Shown: piece by piece, positions 59,032 through 64,000 of the stretch
Layout: each line of letters begins with the position of its first letter
How positions within the stretch are numbered: position 1 is the first letter of the stretch
Source of the DNA: an uncultured bacterium
GTDB taxonomy: Bacteria; Chloroflexota; UBA5177; JANWHV01
Assembly (NCBI GenBank): GCA_963827235.1
Contig: CAWHAE010000010.1
Span: 800,001-864,000 of the forward strand
Length of the DNA stretch: 64,000 bases
Reading direction: 5' to 3'
Notes under the pieces: generated by a model
Told to the model about the DNA's origin: nothing
The model's input: only the letters and a program-made list of their open reading frames with translations
Databases searched by the model: none
Program-made: the position numbers and the translations under genes

Positions 59032-59397
59032 ATGACGCGATCCGTGGAACGCGAGAACGCTCGACGTAGCGCGGGCTCCGAGCCGCAGGTTGCTCTCTCT
59101 CGACCGCCGCTGCGTCTGATGCCGCCGGGCGAATCCGCAGGCTCGGCGGCTATCTGGCACGGCGATTCCGACCTCGAATCCCCGGCGGGCACAACCTTGC
59201 GGGACTGGCCGACCGCTCGCGCCTTCGCGCCACTCATTGCCGCCGCGCTGCGCGCCGGAGACATGGATCTGGTCAGGCAGCTGCGAGCAGATCAGCGCTA
59301 TTGCGCGGCCATGCGACGTAAGATCAGGCTGGCTGGAGTCGGCAGCCGGCCGCGCGACGAAGACCCAGACACGGGCACGCCTCCGCTGCCACTCTAG
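59032..59397 (+). CDS. Hypothetical protein
   Basis: SD GGAG before ATG, AT-rich upstream region, fills the gap between dxs and thyX; no recognised motif. Confidence 0.4.
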   Translation: MTRSVERENARRSAGSEPQVALSRPPLRLMPPGESAGSAAIWHGDSDLESPAGTTLRDWPTARAFAPLIAAALRAGDMDLVRQLRADQRYCAAMRRKIRLAGVGSRPRDEDPDTGTPPLPL

Positions 59398-59467
59398 ACC
59401 GGTGTGCCGGCCGCTCGATATGGCGCCTACCATCGGGATCCGCTCCCTCGGAAGTCACAGCGGCCGG

Positions 59468-60253
59468 CTATACCTTGCTGTTCTCCGTAGAAGTGGCCAG
59501 ACTACCGTCGGGCAGTTCGTTGATACTGAAATCGGCAAACATGCTGGGCGACTCCTTCTGCATGATGCGCAGCAGCGCCACCGCAAGCTTGCGAATCTCC
59601 GGCTCGGCAAACGGGGAACCGCGCAGCTCGACGAAGTGCCGCAGCGCTCGCGCGTTCGCCGTGACGAAGATCTTTGTCTCCGTCGCGTTCGGCAACACGC
59701 TGCGAGCTGCCTGGCGGGCGGCCTTTCGCCGCTCCGTGCCTTTGACCTCCGGTGAGCCGCTTCGCAGTCGTTCGGCAAGCTTCTCCGCGAGCGCGACATA
59801 GGCACGGTGCGCGTGCTCGACCGCTTCCGCCCAGATCGCATGCAGATCGCTGTCCGCGGCGATGATGTCCGGCTCCACGAAGTCCGTTTCGCTTTCATCG
59901 ACGTATCTCTGGCTGAGCTGGCTGAAGGACCAACCGGCGCGATGCCTGACCAGCTCGTGGGTGAGCGACCGCGAGACGCCCGCGATCAGAAACGTCCAGA
60001 CGGCGTGCTCGAGCACGCTGCCGTGCCGCTGCGAAAGGATATTCGCGATGTACTCGTCATTATGGCGGCGGCCCTGCTTGCTGCCGAATGCCATATAGCA
60101 GACTCTCCCGCCCATCTCGGCAAGCAGCTCGCCGCCGACCTCCGTGTCGGTCTCCCAGCTTGCCCCTGCCGAGGCCAGGAAGCGCTGGACCTCTTGGTCG
60201 TCCACCTCCTGGCGACCGATCAGATAGACCGTGGGCTCATGCAGGACAGACAC
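59468..60253 (-). CDS. thyX: FAD-dependent thymidylate synthase
   Basis: GRVCY, HGSVLEH, GVSRSLTHELVRHRAGWSFSQLSQRYV, ARSVLPNAT, NARALRHF..LR, EIR. Confidence 0.95.
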   Translation of the reverse strand: MSVLHEPTVYLIGRQEVDDQEVQRFLASAGASWETDTEVGGELLAEMGGRVCYMAFGSKQGRRHNDEYIANILSQRHGSVLEHAVWTFLIAGVSRSLTHELVRHRAGWSFSQLSQRYVDESETDFVEPDIIAADSDLHAIWAEAVEHAHRAYVALAEKLAERLRSGSPEVKGTERRKAARQAARSVLPNATETKIFVTANARALRHFVELRGSPFAEPEIRKLAVALLRIMQKESPSMFADFSINELPDGSLATSTENSKV

Positions 60254-60334
60254 CGCTCCTCACTCCTTCAGGCTCTCGCAACTCCATATGGGCCGCAAGG
60301 CACGCGCGGTCCTCGGGTTCGCACCGGAACGACA

Positions 60335-61564
60335 TCACAACGTGAGGCCCGGGATATGGACCTCGCGCACCTCATTCGTGGCCATGCACGTCACCAGCAC
60401 GGCGCTATGCCCGTCCAGCGCAAGCCCGAGCGGCTCGCCGCCGGTAGACAAGGGGAACGACTGCGGCTGAGTCATCGAAGGATCGTACACCAGCAGAGCG
60501 TTGTGAGCCGGATCCGTGGCCAGCACCCGACCGGCACTCAACACGATGAGGCGCGGAGAATGCTGTGTGTCCGGTATGGAGATCGGCCACTGCTGCAGCA
60601 TACCCCATGACGTCGAAAAGTGCAGCAGCCGGCGGGATTGGCTGTCGAGCACGTAGAACGTGCCATCGGTCGCCACTGCTACCGCACACGGCTGATTGAA
60701 GAGCACCACTCCACTACCGAGTGTGCCGGGCTGTGTTGCCAGCAGCGAGAACTTGGCATCAAGTGTGATAATCGCGTTTGTCGCCGGATCGGCGACCACG
60801 ATCTGCCCTTTGCTACCGACCACGATATCGCGCGACTCGCCCAGGTGCAGGCCGAGATCCGAGTATGCCACCAACTTTCCGCCCGCGGTGTATTCGTCGA
60901 TCTGGCCGACATCGCTATCCAGCACCAGAAGCCTGTGGCCGGGGGTCAGTGCCAGACTGAATGGTGCCCGTAAAGGTCCGCTGCCGCCCACGGTGATTTG
61001 CTTCACCAGCTTGCCATGGCCGTCGAGAAGCACGACGCGGTGATGGCCGGTGTCGGCAAGTGCCAGGCCGCCGCCCGGCAGGAGAAGCGCGTCCTGGGGT
61101 TGCAGTAACATACCGGCACCGAACGCCCGACCGGGAGCGAGTGTCGCTCCCGCCACGGGCGACAGCACCGCGGTGCTCTGCGGCAGGGTGGCGACGGGGG
61201 TAGGTAGTTGCAGGGCCTGCGCGTTAGCGCCCGACGGTTCGCTCGACTGGAAGAGGTGCGTCAGCACGACACCGGACACCACGAGGAACAGCACGAACGC
61301 TACCACGCTCGTCACGACGACAAGACGCCGGGATTGCAGGAGTGGTCGCCGCGCCGCGACCGGAAGCGACGCCACCGCGGGAACCTGCGCCGGGTCGACC
61401 GCCGGGGGGCTCACGGATGCTTCCGCGGGCGAGCCCTGCCGAACATGGGAAGCGCGCGGTGGAGATTCTTCTTGCGAGCTCAGCACATGCCAGAGGATGC
61501 CGAGCAGTGACTGATCGCTGAACCGCCGTCGACGTCGAGCCATCACCACCGCTTTCGCGTGCAT
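60335..61564 (-). CDS. Single-pass membrane NHL-repeat (beta-propeller) protein
   Basis: One TM helix followed by repeats LLQPQD, LRAPFSLAL, FNQPCAVAVATDG, EPLGLALD. Confidence 0.8.
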   Translation of the reverse strand: MHAKAVVMARRRRRFSDQSLLGILWHVLSSQEESPPRASHVRQGSPAEASVSPPAVDPAQVPAVASLPVAARRPLLQSRRLVVVTSVVAFVLFLVVSGVVLTHLFQSSEPSGANAQALQLPTPVATLPQSTAVLSPVAGATLAPGRAFGAGMLLQPQDALLLPGGGLALADTGHHRVVLLDGHGKLVKQITVGGSGPLRAPFSLALTPGHRLLVLDSDVGQIDEYTAGGKLVAYSDLGLHLGESRDIVVGSKGQIVVADPATNAIITLDAKFSLLATQPGTLGSGVVLFNQPCAVAVATDGTFYVLDSQSRRLLHFSTSWGMLQQWPISIPDTQHSPRLIVLSAGRVLATDPAHNALLVYDPSMTQPQSFPLSTGGEPLGLALDGHSAVLVTCMATNEVREVHIPGLTL

Positions 61565-61659
61565 GACACAATACCAGCGTCAGTATCGCAGCCGATCCGC
61601 CCTCAATGCAATGAGAGAGACGGCCCGGACGCCACGCCCGGTCACTTGCGTTGCTTCCG

Positions 61660-63897
61660 TCAGCCCTCGATATTGCCGCGGGTCTCCACCTGGGGCCGCG
61701 CCGTGTCCTTCACGTCCCAGGTCGGGCGCCTGTTGCCCGTGAGATCGCAGTGCTCGACAGTGGCGCCGCTGTTGTCGGCCACGCTCACCGCGTTCCATCC
61801 ATTGCGGTTGATCCGGCACTGGGTGAGCACGGCATAGCTGGAGTAGCGCACGGAGACCCCGTGGTGGCCGTTCTCCACGATGTCGCACTCCTCGAACCGG
61901 CCCCGGCCCTGGTCGGCAATGCCGACCCCGCCGAAGCGCCCGCCGTGAATGAGGCACCGGCGGAACACAGGAACGGCGTGCGAGCTCACGCGTACCGGCA
62001 TCGTGCTGCCCACGATCTCGCATTCCTCGATCAGCGCTCGGGCGTGGTCGTACACGGCCAGAGCGCGCTCGATCGAGTTCTGCAGCAGGCAATGGCGCAG
62101 GATCGGATTCGTCTCTTTGCCGTGAATGGCCACGCAGGCCAGCGAGTCCGAGAACACCTGACAATCCTCGAGTAAGAGCCGGCCGTTAGGAATATTCACG
62201 CCGTAGTAGCGGTCACCGCTGGCTGGGGCATTTGCTCGAATGGTCAGGCCACGTATGATAGCCGCGTCGGCCTGCATCAAGACACAGGACGTGGTCGACG
62301 ACTGGATGACCACCTCCTCCAGCCCGCCGACACCGACTATCTCGACAGGACGATCGATCACGAGGCATTCCTCGTAGAGACCGGCGCGAATCTCGATGCG
62401 AGCCCCCACGGACGCGACATGGATTGCCTCCCCAATGCTGGTCACGTCGCCGTCGCCGTGCGGAGAGACTACGATGGGCGCTGCCGGCGCACCGGGACGC
62501 GGCTGCGCCTTGGCCTCGCGAGCGCGGACAGGGCGCCAGAACCTCCACCTACCGTCACTCGGCGGTTGCGAAAGCACAACGCTTCGCGCGTCGCTCCTGG
62601 GCGGCGTGGCACCGGACGAGCCCGGGCGGCGCGGAGCGGCGGGCTCCGCCGGCTCGGTGAGCCGCTCAAGCGAGGGCAACGACGATACATCGGCGCGAGC
62701 CAGGGGCACGCGGCGGCGAAGGTCCTGCGAGCCCTGCAGCCGGTCCGTCTCCTCGTCCTGGTCGACGACCTGCATGCGCACGGCGAGGGTCACCGCATCG
62801 TCTGCCAGCCGGTGCGCGGCGTCGGTAGGACCGAGCGCCACTATCCCGCCGGGCGTAGCGAGCGAAAGGCGCAGGGCGTTCGCCATGTCATCGGCGTTCG
62901 CATAGCGATCCTCCGCTTCAAACTGCGTCGCGGTGGCAATCACCTGCGAGAGCGCAGGCGGTAAGCCGGGGACCAATCCCTCGAGCGGCGGGAACAGGCT
63001 GCGCAAGGCGCGCTCGAGGTCCAGCCCGTTTCGCAGCGCCCGCCGGTACTCGACATCGGGCTGGCGTCCTGAGAGCAGAGAATGCATCATGGCGCCCAGA
63101 GCGTAGAGGTCGCTCCGCGCCTCCGCCCTCCCGAGCACCTGCTCGAAGGGAACGTATCCCCACGTCCCCACCGCGGTGCCGCCGACCGCCACGATCTGCC
63201 GCGCCAACCCGAAATCGATCAACACGGGGTGACCCTTCGAGGCATGGATCATGACGTTCGCGGGCTTCAGGTCACGAAAGACGAGCGGCGGCGTCCGGCT
63301 GTGCAGGTAGTCGAGCACGTCGCACAATCCGATACCCCAAGCCACTACCTGTTGCCTGGGCACCCGACCCTCATACTCATCCTGGATGTCGGCCAACGTC
63401 TTGCCGGGTATGTAGTCCATCGCCAGGTACATCGGGCCTGAGACGCGATGCGCCGTCCAGTAGCCGTGTATCGCCGGGATCCCCGGATGCTCCAGGGTCA
63501 AGAGCGCGCTGACCTCACGCTTGAACCAGTTTGTGGCATCGCGCTGCTCGTCTGCCGTCGAGAAGTCGCCCACCAGCAACTCCTTGATCGCCAGCAAGTG
63601 ATTCGGCTCGTCGATATCCTCCGCCAGATACACGCGCCCAAAGGCCCCTGTGCCAAGCACGCGAGCAACGCGGTAGCGACCGTTGAGGAGGGCGCCGGCA
63701 GGCAGCACGTCGTGCGGCTGCGGCACCACAGCCCGTCCTCGACCAGGGTCCGGAGCTGATGCTGGGTTCTCGCCCGACGCGGGCGGGAGTGGCGATGAGA
63801 TCATCTCGCTGGCAGGCAAGTCCAGACGCGCGCCGCATTCCGGGCAGCGCCGGCTCGTGAGCGGCGATGTCGTGCCGCAGACGGGGCAGACTCTCAT
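61660..63897 (-). CDS. Ser/Thr protein kinase with an N-terminal zinc ribbon and a C-terminal right-handed beta-helix
   Basis: CPVC..CPEC; LGTGAFGRVY, AIKE, FRDLKPAN, DFG; SIGEAI...GLYEECL followed by parallel beta-helix repeats. Confidence 0.9.
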   Translation of the reverse strand: MRVCPVCGTTSPLTSRRCPECGARLDLPASEMISSPLPPASGENPASAPDPGRGRAVVPQPHDVLPAGALLNGRYRVARVLGTGAFGRVYLAEDIDEPNHLLAIKELLVGDFSTADEQRDATNWFKREVSALLTLEHPGIPAIHGYWTAHRVSGPMYLAMDYIPGKTLADIQDEYEGRVPRQQVVAWGIGLCDVLDYLHSRTPPLVFRDLKPANVMIHASKGHPVLIDFGLARQIVAVGGTAVGTWGYVPFEQVLGRAEARSDLYALGAMMHSLLSGRQPDVEYRRALRNGLDLERALRSLFPPLEGLVPGLPPALSQVIATATQFEAEDRYANADDMANALRLSLATPGGIVALGPTDAAHRLADDAVTLAVRMQVVDQDEETDRLQGSQDLRRRVPLARADVSSLPSLERLTEPAEPAAPRRPGSSGATPPRSDARSVVLSQPPSDGRWRFWRPVRAREAKAQPRPGAPAAPIVVSPHGDGDVTSIGEAIHVASVGARIEIRAGLYEECLVIDRPVEIVGVGGLEEVVIQSSTTSCVLMQADAAIIRGLTIRANAPASGDRYYGVNIPNGRLLLEDCQVFSDSLACVAIHGKETNPILRHCLLQNSIERALAVYDHARALIEECEIVGSTMPVRVSSHAVPVFRRCLIHGGRFGGVGIADQGRGRFEECDIVENGHHGVSVRYSSYAVLTQCRINRNGWNAVSVADNSGATVEHCDLTGNRRPTWDVKDTARPQVETRGNIEG

Positions 63898-64000
63898 CGA
63901 CGCACCTCCTGCCGACGCGCGGAGCCGACATCCCCGCGGAGCGAGCGGTGCCTGGCTCCGCTCAGGCCCCGTACGGTCGCTCGGTGCAACAACACCACAA

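Noticed and set aside
1-64000. CRISPR arrays, IS elements, prophage or defence genes
   Set aside because: No regularly spaced repeats and no transposase, integrase, phage or nuclease motifs were seen on either strand.

Overview
High-GC bacterial chromosomal window. The gene content (LysW lysine pathway, T-box, ThyX, FRD-type Ser/Thr kinase, tRNA without encoded CCA) suggests a Terrabacteria lineage such as Chloroflexota, but this is inference only. Left half: two CUT1-type ABC sugar uptake/catabolism loci (LacI plus an ADP-ribosylglycohydrolase-family gene; DeoR plus Ldh_2, Gfo/Idh/MocA and amidohydrolase genes). Next is a divergent Pil-Chp-like chemosensory operon with no CheR/CheB (TPR, PilG-like, CheW, MCP, MCP-like orphan, three-Hpt CheA, CheW, PilH-like), followed by a GAF-PAS histidine kinase divergent from an unusual GntR-HTH/C-terminal-receiver regulator. 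A third sugar locus has LacI, a divergent GH65-like hydrolase, a GH65 phosphorylase and an ABC transporter, with three recognisable promoter/operator pairs. Right half: tRNA-Met, glgB with an insertion, aroQ, a Lys-specifier T-box controlling a LysW (alpha-aminoadipate) lysine operon that lacks homoaconitase, dxs, thyX, an NHL-repeat protein and a zinc-ribbon/kinase/beta-helix protein. Many single-base indels at about 22.8-25.4 kb and 49.9-57.6 kb look like sequencing errors. I found no CRISPR array, transposase or integrase. All calls come from motif recognition by eye; no database search was run.
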